DNA from: Hormiphora californensis
Lineage: Eukaryota; Animalia; Ctenophora
DNA length: 64,000 nt
Reading direction: 5' to 3'
Assembly: GCA_020137815.1 (NCBI GenBank)
Contig: CM035353.1
Location: 8,618,001 to 8,682,000, forward strand
The position numbers and the translations under genes were made by a program. Positions 1 to 18,500 of this stretch are shown here, piece by piece. Numbering within the stretch: the stretch's first letter is position 1; every line of letters begins with the position of its first letter. The notes under the pieces were generated by a model. That model had not been told where the DNA came from and searched no databases. It saw nothing but the letters and a program-made list of their open reading frames with translations.

Positions 1-1496
1 ACCCACCTCGTACTGCTGATCGTACTGCTGACCATACTGCTGGCTATACAGAGCCGCGGTCGCATAAGCTGCACTGTTATACGCCATGCTGAGCTAGGTG
101 AGTGTGTGAAGGGAGGGGTGAGGGGGGATAATTGGATCTTTACGAGGAGAGGATAGAGATCAAAGGAGAAAGAGGTATCCCAATATGGTTATATATAAGA
201 AATGCTGTGATATTAGAGAGTACCGTAACATGTTCGGGGAGAGGGTGCGGTGGCCTAATAATAGTTGAGGTGTTGTAATCTGTACCATTGATCATTGAGC
301 TGTTGCAATTCCAATTTCATTATTTTTACCCCCCCCCCCCTACGCCATACGCAAATTGCCATATGCTTCATGCCATGTATGCTATGTGGGCTTAAACCGA
401 ATTTTAGAACGAATTTTTCAAAGAAAAAGTTAGAAAAATATATTGATCAAGATTGGCCAATGGCCATCACCCGTGAATCACAAAATTATTTCCGTTGTGA
501 AAGCACTGTGTTATCATATATACACTTAATTGATTGATTGATTTTAATTAATTCTTTTACGTGGTATTTCGTGGCCCCAGAGTACAGAACCACTTTGTGC
601 TGTTGTCACAATTTTAAAATTTAACCAACCCATGAGTATTTTGTTTTATAACTTTGAATTGAAGAACATTTAATTCATTTTGTAAGTCACGACTAAAGAA
701 TATGACGGATTGGGGTATAATTTAGGGTAGCGGGCTGATGGGGTTTAGGTAGTGGGCTGATAGGGTTTAGGTAGTGGGCTGATAGGGTTTAGTTAGTGGG
801 CCTGGACGGGTTATAGTTAGGGCAGCGGGTTGACAGAAGAAAACAAACGAGTTTATGATGAATATTATAATTTTTCTGGCAGGTTGGCAGACACTGAATT
901 TGGGGTAACTAGATTGTGGTAGCCGGAAGGTAATAAATAAGTTTTCACAATTTCAAATAACGAAATTGTGGAAACTAATTTGTGGTACCAAGGCCAACTA
1001 CAAAATTGTTGCCACAAACTTAGAGTCTAAAATAACCACCCTGCCAAGTTAAAACAAACATTAAACATTTAATTGTGCAAAAAGCAATATCTCTAGATAG
1101 CGGCATTATATTTCCTGTTAAAGTGAGAGATAACAGCAGAAATATTCTTGAAAATCGATCTGTAAAATCCTTAAAAACTAAAAAACTAGTAACGCTCACG
1201 CTCCAAGTATGTAACATATTTAAAGTGGCAAGTGCACGTGCAAAAATCCTGTATTTTTAATATTGCACGTGCAATACAGTACAGCTGCACGTGCAATATT
1301 AAAAACATAGATACACAAGAAGTCACATGAGATATTTTTATTCATCAAGGATTATACAGATGATTCCTACTAACTGTTCTTCCTCACTTTAAAGTTTAAG
1401 GTCAGATGGAGGGCCGGGGGAGGTGGTCTTGGTAACGAAATAACGCCTACCTTGCAGGCACGCTAAAACGTGCCATACTACCGCGATCCGATGCCT

Positions 1497-1621
1497 TAAA
1501 AGTCCGTTTCAAGCGACTTGACCCGTAATTCTTGGAATTTGGACGCATTGCACGTGTATTTACAAAGGGGAAATCCTGAATTTCCAGGAATCTCAGATCA
1601 AGTCGTTTGAAACGCACTTTA
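1497..1621. mobile_element. ~120-bp MITE (family A), TA-flanked, Tc1/mariner-like
   Basis: Imperfect TIRs aagtccgtttcaagcgacttgacc / tcaagtcgtttgaaacgcactt; near-identical copies at 22900-23023 and 38434-38556. Confidence 0.8.
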
Positions 1622-2175
1622 GTTACGAGGCGTAATTTCGTCACCAAGAGGTGGTCCGGGGGTCAAAAAGTTCACTGTTGATATTTGATCCGGCTCGAAG
1701 TCCGAAAAGCCGGACCAAATATCAAAAGTGAATTTTTTTGACACTGGAATCCCTCTGGTAATACTAGATCTGTCCCGAGGGTTTTCAGCCGTACCAATCA
1801 TATGGAAATATACCGCTTTATTTAGCTTTCTCAGTGAATACACTCAAAAGGGAGGGGCCCTCAAAAGTTGTAAGATGCTTTCAATCTCGACAACAGCTTA
1901 CAAATACAAGGGGATGTATTCTTGAGCCACACACACGTCACACAAACATAATATATCGCATTCTCCAACAGTTCCAACCTATGGCTCACTGTTAAACTTA
2001 AGTCACGAAAGTTGATAAAAGACAGCTAATGAACGCGTTCATAATGCATATGTTGGGACATTTTTCTAATTAAACCAAAATTAAATTAAAACTAGTCGGC
2101 TGAAGAGAAATTAATTCAAATGGATCACTTTTTATAAGTACATAATATTTAGAACAAAGAGAAAAGGTCGAATAA

Positions 2176-3463
2176 TACTGTGTGATTTTAAATGACTGAG
2201 ACTGGTATATTGCGAATTGCGTGAAAACTATGGCATCTTTCGACTTCAAATTTTGGGACATGATAAAACTAGGTTGTAGCAATTTTCTCCTAGTTTTACA
2301 GCAAATTTCAATGTTCCTGAATGAATCTATTGCCCAAAAACCTCCTCCAACTTTACACAGTCATATCTCTGGAGTCTAATGAGATAGAGAGTTCACATTT
2401 TTAGGAGAGACAGATAAGACGATTTCGAATGTTTTGTCTGCTTTACGAGTTGCTACATTTTACCATTTGTTCACAGGAACTGTTTAAAGTGATGTAACAC
2501 GCTCTAATTAGGCCAAATTTAGGTCATTTTACCCCTCAAAGATCACATGTCCAGCTGCATCTAGTGGGCTAATGAGGCCTTGAACACGCATACGTCACGT
2601 GTTACTGTAGAGCTACAGCTCTCCTTTTCCATCTTGAACCAGCAGACATGATCATGGTGTCTGGAAGTGGTAACAAGCTGTAGAAAACCAGACAGACTAG
2701 ACGCTCTCTACTTCAACGTATCACTCTCTCCCTTTCTCGTTATAAGGTCACGTGACTGGAATTGGGATCTCGACATGGGAGAGAGAGAGAGAGAGAGAGA
2801 GAGAGTGTGTGTGTGTATGTGTGTGTGTGAGAGAGAGAGAACGCTTTGTAGACATTGTGATCATGTCGAGATCCCAATTCCAGTCACGTGACCTTATAAC
2901 GAGAAAGGGAGAGAGTGATACGTTGAAGTAGAGAGCGTCTAGTCTGTCTGGTTTTCTACAGCTTGTTACCACTTCCAGACACCATGATCATGTCTGCTGG
3001 TTCAAGATGGAAAAGGAGAGCTGTAGCTCTACAGTAACACGTGACGTATGCGTGTTCAAGGCCTCATTAGCCCACTAGATGCAGCTGGACATGTGATCTT
3101 TGAGGGGTAAAATGACCTAAATTTGGCCTAATTAGAGCGTGTTACATCACTTTAAACAGTTCCTGTGAACAAATGGTAAAATGTAGCAACTCGTAAAGCA
3201 GACAAAACATTCGAAATCGTCTTATCTGTCTCTCCTAAAAATGTGAACTCTCTATCTCATTAGACTCCAGAGATATGACTGTGTAAAGTTGGAGGAGGTT
3301 TTTGGGCAATAGATTCATTCAGGAACATTGAAATTTGCTGTAAAACTAGGAGAAAATTGCTACAACCTAGTTTTATCATGTCCCAAAATTTGAAGTCGAA
3401 AGATGCCATAGTTTTCACGCAATTCGCAATATACCAGTCTCAGTCATTTAAAATCACACAGTA
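2176..3463. mobile_element. Foldback element with ~600-bp apparently perfect inverted arms
   Basis: 2176-2777 is the reverse complement of 2862-3463; 84-bp spacer with GA/GT microsatellite; TA at both outer ends; mirrored ORFs 2667+/2972- in the track. Confidence 0.85.
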
Positions 3464-4608
3464 CAATTCCAGCCAACCAATGATAAATTAATTTTGTTAC
3501 AATTAGGAATAATCATGTACTTTTTTAAATATAAACTGCACAACATGTCACAACATATACATTTGTCATTAGCCTACTTTACAATTTACTCCTAAGCTAT
3601 GGTTGTGTGCAGAAAACTTAACCTTTGTAAATAGCCCAATCCATCAATCGCTGTCTAAATTTTAGATTTGTTTGTTATGTAAGGGCAGATTAAAAGGTCA
3701 ATGTCGCCCTATGGAAACAATTCAGCAGCAAGAAATTTTTCACAGAGCCTAAGGGTCCACGAGCAACCCAAACACTTAACAGCATGTAGTGTGTGCAAAT
3801 GTATTTCAGTAATGCCTGTGTTTGGCCATACCAAACGAATACCTGAAACGATGCAAAATCAACACTAGTTAAGCGTCTGCATTAGTGGGGGTAGTGCTGA
3901 TTAGCTCCCCACACTTAATTGATAGTTGGAATGGTGCCATAACGTGGCGAGGCTATACGCCATTAAATGGTTTTGAACTTAACTATGCCATTGTGAAAAT
4001 TCTAACTGTTGTCAGCTATCTCTAACCGTTGGCGTTAGTTTCGTCAAAGTAGCAAGTTAAATCATTCATGATGCGGCTGATTTGGTACTTACCGCAGTAA
4101 CGCCAGACGGTGGATAGTAAAAAAACGAACAAAGGCTGCATGAGACATCCTAGGGGCACAACAGCCAAAATTTAGCGCGAACCAACCAACAATTCCTGTA
4201 GGAAATTTAAACTTTGCGAGACGGAACTTTTAAGTGTCCAGCATTCGGGTTTAGTTGCTTGCCTCAAACACGTACACACCGAAGCCATGTTGACAGCACG
4301 TGCTCGATGTGACTAACTTTCAAATCCGAATTTTTCGTACAACCCATTTATTGAAGTCTTTAAGCAACTGTCAAAAACGATCATCGCGGTGATTGAACAC
4401 TTGGGCATCACACCACAAACACTTAAAAATTCATGTATGCATTCATGTTTATTAAAATATGTGTTTCTGAAAAGACGGGATCAAAGTCCACCATATGCTC
4501 ACCAAGCACCCAGTTTTATCTGCCGTCACCCCACTACAATAGGGGTGTATATAGTTTGCTAGAAACACAGAGACTGTGTATTAGGTCTGACTGAGTCTAG
4601 TTTTGATT

Positions 4609-6171
4609 CTAGCTCCAATCACCCAGTCCCACAGAGGAACACTTTTTTCGTGCCAAGTCTACTTGGGAGAGATACTCTGTGTCGGGTTCCACCCCCACCA
4701 CTGTCTTATACAACTCTAGCATCTCCGCCCTACAGAGCTTGCTGGGCCGATAACTAGCCTTCAACTCTTGTAATGCTTCACGTCGCCGAGCTAAGGGTAC
4801 CTCTTTGCCAACAAAATCAGACGAATCGGCGGGTGGGGTAAAACACAGTCCCTCAAAACCGTCCAGCACCTCCCAATTTACTGTGTCAGGCAATGAGAGA
4901 CACGACCACCAACCTGCGTACTTGGACAACTTTTTACTTGTAGGTAGTCTGGTTGTAAACTGAGCAAACTCGGGCCTGTTCAAGCGGGCTAAATTAAAAG
5001 TTTCCGCCCGTGTAAATATAGATCGCTCGATACTGCGCATGAAGGAGCGACAGTTGGTATGGAGGTACCTGTTGACATAGACCGGTTGGAGGACATTTGA
5101 GAGATGTGCCCCTTGGATACCGACAATGTTATACATCATCAGTAGGTCGGAGGGAGATACCAGGTTAGTCTTTTCAGATGAGGTAGAGGTTGTGAGGCGG
5201 ATAATGTTGCCATACCGTTCTACCTGTACTGGATACTGAATCCTCTCAGGGTGTGACTGATCTGACGCAACGCAATTCTTCTTCCTCGACTCGGATATAG
5301 AGGCACTGCCAAGTGGTGGGGTATTGGTTATCATCACTACGTCAAAAACTGACTTTATCTGCCATTTCCCGTCCTTCAGCTTATCAAATAGTCCACTTTT
5401 TTGAGGATCAAGTAGTTCATCAGCAAGAAACCGTCGGAAAGCTCTTATAGCAAGGGCCTCGGCTGAGCACTCTTTTAGTCTCTCATCATTAGTGAACCGT
5501 TTCGTAGTTGTGTCATGCACATTAGTCTGGTAGGCATCTCCAGACGCCAGGGAGATAAGTCGGAAATCGGAGCCAGTGACGAGGGCCAAGGCGACAATGT
5601 TACGGACGGGCACAAAGGTCTTGTTGATGTTGCCTGTCACTTTGATGAAAACGTCCTTCACAGTGGACCCAAAGCGGTTCTCTATGACGTAGGAAGGATG
5701 GGCAGAGAGCTTGAAAAAGAAACTCAAGCAGCTCTTTGCCACTTTCTTCTCTGCTTTCCGTTTCGACGACGCCATACTCTCGAAAGTTCTGCCTTGAACA
5801 TGGAGTCTCATTTTAAAATAAGCCAAACCAACGACGTTAATTTCTAATGGCCCATCGAAAACTGCCTCTGGTCCAAAAAGTTTTTTAACACAGCTGACCT
5901 CATCCGTGACAGCTTCAATCTTAGAAACATGCTTCATCACTTTCACTGATTTCCTTGACACGTCCAGATGAGTCAGATTGGCAAAGGGAATGTTATGTTG
6001 TCCGAAAGCCTGTTGCGTCGCATTGAGTTTTGCAATTTTGTCAGAGCATCCGATACCAATGAATCTCTCCCCGTTCAGAATTAGGGTCGCTCGAACATCG
6101 CTTTGCCTTGCTTCGCATTTGAATTTGTGGTCTGGAAATAGCTCGCTCAAGATCTGCAGGTTACTTGTCAT
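4609..6171 (-). CDS. ADAR/ADAD-like protein: two dsRBD-like motifs plus adenosine deaminase domain, predicted catalytically dead
   Basis: 520-aa uninterrupted ORF; dsRBD ends GIGCSDKIAKLNA and ASSKRKAEKKVAK; deaminase motifs ECSAEALAIRAFRRFL (cf. DCHAE), TPPLG (cf. SPCG), SPSDLL..NIVGIQGAHLS (cf. SCSDK..NVVGIQGSLLS), SKLCR. Confidence 0.9.
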   Translation of the reverse strand: MTSNLQILSELFPDHKFKCEARQSDVRATLILNGERFIGIGCSDKIAKLNATQQAFGQHNIPFANLTHLDVSRKSVKVMKHVSKIEAVTDEVSCVKKLFGPEAVFDGPLEINVVGLAYFKMRLHVQGRTFESMASSKRKAEKKVAKSCLSFFFKLSAHPSYVIENRFGSTVKDVFIKVTGNINKTFVPVRNIVALALVTGSDFRLISLASGDAYQTNVHDTTTKRFTNDERLKECSAEALAIRAFRRFLADELLDPQKSGLFDKLKDGKWQIKSVFDVVMITNTPPLGSASISESRKKNCVASDQSHPERIQYPVQVERYGNIIRLTTSTSSEKTNLVSPSDLLMMYNIVGIQGAHLSNVLQPVYVNRYLHTNCRSFMRSIERSIFTRAETFNLARLNRPEFAQFTTRLPTSKKLSKYAGWWSCLSLPDTVNWEVLDGFEGLCFTPPADSSDFVGKEVPLARRREALQELKASYRPSKLCRAEMLELYKTVVGVEPDTEYLSQVDLARKKCSSVGLGDWS

Positions 6172-7271
6172 AAGCTAAAGTGGAGAGTGGATACAGTGTC
6201 AGGCACGTGTCTAGAAAATATTGTGTTTATAATGAAATGCAACAGTTATCAAGAATAGCAAAGCAAAAGGACAAATTGTAATGCAAAATAATGCAATTCT
6301 AAGGCAAGAAAATAGCAAAATGTGGCAAAATACAAGACTGGGATAAATATACAGACAACAGCATGGGTTTCACAGAAGAACGAGAGGAAGACTAGTTGGG
6401 CTGAGGACGCCTAACTCCTCATCTTTAAACGTGCCCACAAGGAAATATGTTATGTCTCATTGGGTCTACTAACAGATAGTGACTGTGCGTTTACTGTACC
6501 TGTTACAAGAAGAGAATGTCACCAGAAAGAGATGCGAGAACACTGCCGGGAATGAAGATGTTGTAACCTGAGGGGACCAGTTACGAAACACGAAGAGGGG
6601 AGTGAGATGAGAGTAATATGGTAAAAGAGCAAATTTGCATCTTCATTTTAAATATCTCTCTCCGGTGACCAGGTGTCACATTATTTCCTTATTCACAGTT
6701 GTTATCAGTCCCACTAGACACTGCCAGTGCAGTAATAACATCATCGATACCCCGTGATCTGAACAGAATTTGAAAACCACACGTTCTCAATACCGTGCCA
6801 ATAAACTAGTAGGGACCAGGTATCCCGTATATAACATTATATACCATTAAAGAGTAAAGAAGGAAATATTACACCTTGACCAAACGTCATTAATAGTATT
6901 GATTCAATACACCTTCTAGAACATCTAGAACAAAGATCTGCGACACCAAACGTGCCCAGTGATTAGTAGTGTTATAACAGTGATGGGTAATGTTTGTGCA
7001 ATAACAGATCCTCTGTTATTATTTGTTTTCTTGATAAAAATATCTCGGTGTACTGCCCCCGGTACTACCCGTACCAATACACATACACTCAGGTATGAGA
7101 CTCATTCCATTTCCAAGAAATTTTTTTAACCATTCACACTTGAATTGCTGTTTTTTTTTGAAAACCGTTTCTTGTAATTTCCAAATTTTTATATTCCCAA
7201 ATTTCTAGATAGAAAACGGTGAGAGTGTGACAATGGGGGAGGGTGGTGGTTGAAAGGGCGTATTAATTTAC

Positions 7272-8923
7272 CTTTGGACTCGTCGACTGTAGTATGTGGT
7301 TCATCTTTCTTATCAGCAGACGCCTGAAACAAAACAAAAAGTAGAAACAAGAAATCAGGGTGATTGACATACTCCGAATCATGGTGTCAGACAAAATATC
7401 AACATTCTGCGGCGGGCAATACAATTAAAGCTGTAACCGGCTGTAACCACCATGATAGACAACTAAAACTATCTCTGTTAGGACGTGATATTGACAGGTC
7501 GTGTTATTGACAGAACTTCATTATATGACGCATGGTGAAATTTTAACACCAGACACCTTTCTTTTATTTTTTATTTTTTTTTATGTCTTCATCGTTCCTA
7601 TATCTGTCACCCCCCACCACATCATGTGAACCCTGTCAGGCAATTGCTGACCCTATTTGCTTCAATCACGAAGGCAGGTCAGGCGGGCTAAGTCTGACAG
7701 CGTCTATACAACATACATGTGAGGTGGAGTTTGACGGATATCATCTCTGCAGCCATCCAGTTGAAACCGGTATTAACCGTATACTGCGAACACCCAATCT
7801 CGGGTGCTCTATGCAATTCTGTTGCCCAATCACTGACAGTAAAGCTTGCAGTATGTAGTCAACTAGACAGGTCGTGTTATTGACAGAACTTCATTAAATT
7901 TTAACACCAGACACCTTCACTTGTAAGAGGTATTTAAAATGCTGGGAAGACCATGATCTCTGTTAGGACGTGGTATTCACAGTTCGTTAACATAATCAAT
8001 AATATCTATGTTTTGTAAACATGGCGTGCCCGGTGAAATTTTAACACTACTGACGTCTGACACCACCAACTTGTACGTGGGAGCTTAAGGCTTAACGGTC
8101 TATAAAATACCATATGAACAATCCGATAAGAGAAACCACGGATAAAAACCATCCTAAAAACAGGTTGAGCTGTCCGTACTGATTTGATGGTACATGACAT
8201 AAAACTAGACTGTTACGGATGAAATGCGTCAAATTCGTACCAGGAATATACCATCCTCTCTTGTACACAAACACACACATGACTCACCTCAGTTTCCATA
8301 GCTTCGGATTTCTCTTCAGCGGCGGTTGGTTCATCAGCTGCAGCGGGCTCAGCAGTTTCGGGCTCAGCAGTGGCAGGCTCAGCGGCTGCCTCAGTTTTCT
8401 CTTCATCCACTGGTGCAGAAGCATCCATCGTCTCTTCTTCTTTTGCTTCTTCTACATCAGTGGGTGTCTCAGATGCCTCCATCTCTTGAACCACCGGCTC
8501 TTCAACAGGCTCTGTCTCCTCCATCGGTTCAGCAGCAGGCTCAGCGGCCTCCTCTATAGCAGGCTCAGCGGTCTCCTCCGTAGCAGGCTCAGCGGCATTG
8601 TCAGCGGGTATTTCTTCCTCTACAGCAGCTGGTGTTTCTTCCTCTACAGCAGGCGTCTCCTCTGTAGCGTCTGGTTCTGTATCTTCACCCTCATCTCCAT
8701 CATTTTGTGACTCCTGAAAGTAACAAATATTAAAACTTTTATTAAGCTATTCTATAAGACGAATCTACGTAACACATCATATCGTTGTTACCTCTATAAA
8801 CTCGATCAGTCGAGCGACGAGGGCAGCTTTATTGCCATTTGTGGCAAGACCTCGACTTGTTAGCTCGGATTTGAGCTCAACAACTTTGAGTTTCTTAATA
8901 TCAGCCTCTGTAAGGTCAGACAT
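7272..8923 (-). CDS. SAP-domain protein with long Glu/Ala/Pro-rich acidic tail (exons 8923-8792, 8713-8288, 7323-7272; possible exon 6567-6500)
   Basis: Exon 1 translates MSDLTEADIKKLKVVELKSELTSRGLATNGNKAALVARLIEFIE, a typical SAP motif; GT-AG junctions in compatible phases; 3' end uncertain. Confidence 0.85.
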
Positions 8924-9275
8924 GACAAATAGGGGAGCTACAGGCGAGTGAAGCAGACAGGGACAAAACTCAGATTTTGATTTTTGAAAACTGAGGCTTC
9001 AAACTTTTCTGAAACCCAAATTCGCATTTTGAATGAACGCGCGCGCACTATGTTTACTCTTGCGCGCCAAACATTTGCATCGCATTCAACAAAATTTGGC
9101 GTTGATTAGTACCACCGAACACGCGCGTTTGTGTCGAGCTCAATGCTGAAATATGCTGCTTTCAACTCAATGTTGTGAGTGCGCGGGACGAGAACGAAAT
9201 AACAGAAGTGTCTGCTCGGAGGTAAAACTGAAAACTTTGAACTACAAAATATAACTTGGAAAAATTATTCGTTTA

Positions 9276-15361
<6,086 letters not shown>

Positions 15362-15564
15362 AGTGGCTATACAAACGGAGGGGGCATTAGTTGGTAATTA
15401 GCTACATACTACGAATTCCATACTCATCTTTGCACTGTAAGTTATGACACAAGACAATGATAGGATAGCATTACCCGGGGGGAGGTGCAACAGCACAACA
15501 TTACCCTTATTACAGATCTGATATTCAAATTCGAATAAAAATGCGCATACAATATCTATGGGTA

Positions 15565-18500
15565 CTACACGCTTCGTCTCTGTTTCCCTTTCTTCTTATG
15601 TCCCGCGTGCCCCCCAGACCCTCTATCCACTTCACCCACGTCTGGTCTCCAGGTACCGGTTGGGTTCTCCGCTACAACATTCGTCCTTGGTGGAGGGTCA
15701 GCTGCTTCTCCAAAGTTGTACGAATCAGTCTCCTCAAATGAGATGAACTTGAAAGCATCCCAACCTGAGTAGATGGTAAATTACTATTAGTAATCATATG
15801 GTAACAGTAGAAAGATCATATTTGTTATAATTGATACAAGTTAGATCAATCCGGTGGGAGAGAAATAATTTTAATTGAGTCAAACCTTCAAAGTCGAGGT
15901 CGTAGTTCGTAGTTAGGTTGACCTCGTGAAAGAATGAATCTTTGAAACTTTCACCTGAAAACGGTGTGTTTGTATTACCACCGGTACCACACCGAAATAA
16001 ACGATTGATATTAATCAGAATTGACTGGTTCAGATTCTAAATCTACAACTAATCAGTGTCACATGTGCGGCACAGTGTTGTACGTACCACATGTCATCTT
16101 CAAATTGAGTTCATCATTTCCGTCATAGTACGTCTCAATGGTGTAGATATTGGTAGTACGTGGCTCCCTGACACAGGGCTCCACTGTGTAGTTATACATC
16201 ACACTCAGTGTCTCATTCTTCTTCAGCCTGTAAAGGAATAACAATATGATAACTCGGATAACTGGGAAATACAGCTAACCTTGTAATGGATGTTGTTCGC
16301 ATTCTAGGTCGTGTTTCAATTTCACCAGTCACGCCGTGTAAAGCAGGGAAATTATGTAGTCAAATCATTTCTTTTCCACTACACACAATTCAAAGCCCAT
16401 TTACCTCAGATCGTATTCAGAGTGTTGTCGAGTCAGAAAGAAATCAATCGTAAAGATGGAGTCGGATCCGTCAAAAGCATTGATAGTTCGACGCCTATTG
16501 TTTACCTAAAGGGAATATGATTGGTCGTCACATAGCTGAGTGAATATGCAATTTAATGAGCCTGACAGCATTAGAAGTGTTTAATAAGTTAACTAACCAG
16601 CAGGAAGAGATTGAATATCTTTGGACCTTCATCCGCTACCAAGTTGAAAGCAGTACCAGTTGGTTTTACAATGAAATGACCGGGAGGTGGGACTTGGGCA
16701 AACTCTGTAAAGGTTGTTACAGTACCATGAGCATTTTAGTATCCTCTATCAAATTATCTTTTTCAATAAAGTCAATTGGTACTGTCTTTACCCGTGTTGC
16801 AGTTGTAGGTGCCTGATACTGCCCGTGAGAAAGGTTCCTTAAAGACACGTCCTGCGTACAGATAGCAGGTCCTTGTACTTGCTATAGCACTCCATCCAGT
16901 ACAAATTGTGTTCAATTTACAAGCCTCTGAGAGGGAGTTATTGTCATTTTAAACAGGAACCGACCGGACCAAGTAAACAACCAATCAGAACTCGTTATTT
17001 AGGTCACGCCACGTGACTGGTTATCAGCCAATCAGGGACCAGTACTTCCTGATTCGGTCGGTTCCTGATTTTAAAATCAGTTCAACATTTCACAAAGATT
17101 TCACATGGTGCAACAATCAATAGTTACCTTGACAGTCGAGTTGGTAGTTGTAATCGTAAATCTCATGAATAACCTGACCCTTCAGTATAGCCCCCACCTC
17201 AAAACACGGCTCATATGAGGTCTGGTTCATTACTGAAAAAGAGGGGATAGTAATGAGAGCTTGCCTTGTTCGTCCCTGTCTCACCGTGCCCCAGCCCCGC
17301 ACAATTATATAGAGGAGGGTCAGAACAAAACAAATAAGAGCAACTGTTAGCGTGGTGAAATTAGGTAAGTTGGCCGGTTAACGTACGCTCAGATTCGCAC
17401 CGCCGATCGTACACGAGGTATCCCGATGAATCGTATAGTGGTCCGTCCTGGTAGACCATATCGATTGTGCCACACGACAGATAGGTCGGATTCCATTCGA
17501 TAAATCTTGATGTGAATAAAGTGTGGGATGTGTGAGATGTGATTTGTGAATTGTGATTTGTGAGTTGTGAAATAGGAAGTATGAAATGTAAAATAGGATG
17601 ACGGATGTACCTGTGCGTTTTAAAAGTCTCATCAAAGCATTGTTTAACATTAATTAACTCCTGTTTAGGATTGTTCAGCAGCATTGAGCTCTCTTTGAAG
17701 GAACGTGTGTTGTTCATTTCCATAAAACGGGTGTTGTATCTCATACACGGGGAATCTGGGGGAGAAGTGTTACCATACAATGGGGACCCTTATATGGGGA
17801 CATTTTATGGTTGTTTATAATCCGTTAGTTCATTACTTAATCAGTTAATTAATAAGAAATAATCAGTTAATTACCGGTGTAGTTGGTACATGAAAGATCA
17901 ATGAGAACGCTCAGACAAGCAACTTCCGTTGCGATTGAGTACCGTTCCTCCAGACTCAAACCATACATGGAACTGTGAACCCGATCATTGCCATCGTTCC
18001 TGTTTAGGGGTGGGGGAGTGATTTCTAAGGGTGGGAGTGATCTTTAGGGGTGGGGGAGTAATGTTTAGGGGTGGGGGAGTGATGTTTAGAGGTGGGGGAG
18101 TGATGTTTAGGGGTGGGGGAGTGATTTCTAAGGGTGGGAGTGATCTTTAGGGGTGGGGGAGTAATGTTTAGGGGTGGGGGAGTGATGTTTAGGGGTGGGG
18201 GAGTGATGTTTAGAGGTGGGGGAGTGATGTTTAGGGGTGGGGGAGTGATGTTTAGGGGTGGGGAGTGATGTTTAGAGGTGGGGGAGTGATGTTTAGAGGT
18301 GGAGGAGTGATGTTTAGAGGTGGGGGAATGATATTTAGGGGTGGGGGAGTGATGTTTAAGGGTGGGGGAGTGATTTCTAAGGGTGTGAGTGATGTTTAGG
18401 GGTGGGGGAGTGATTTCTAAGGGTGGGAATGATGTTTAGGGATGGGGAGTGATGTTTAGAGGTGGAGGAGTGATGTTTAGAGGTGGGGAGTGATGTTTAG

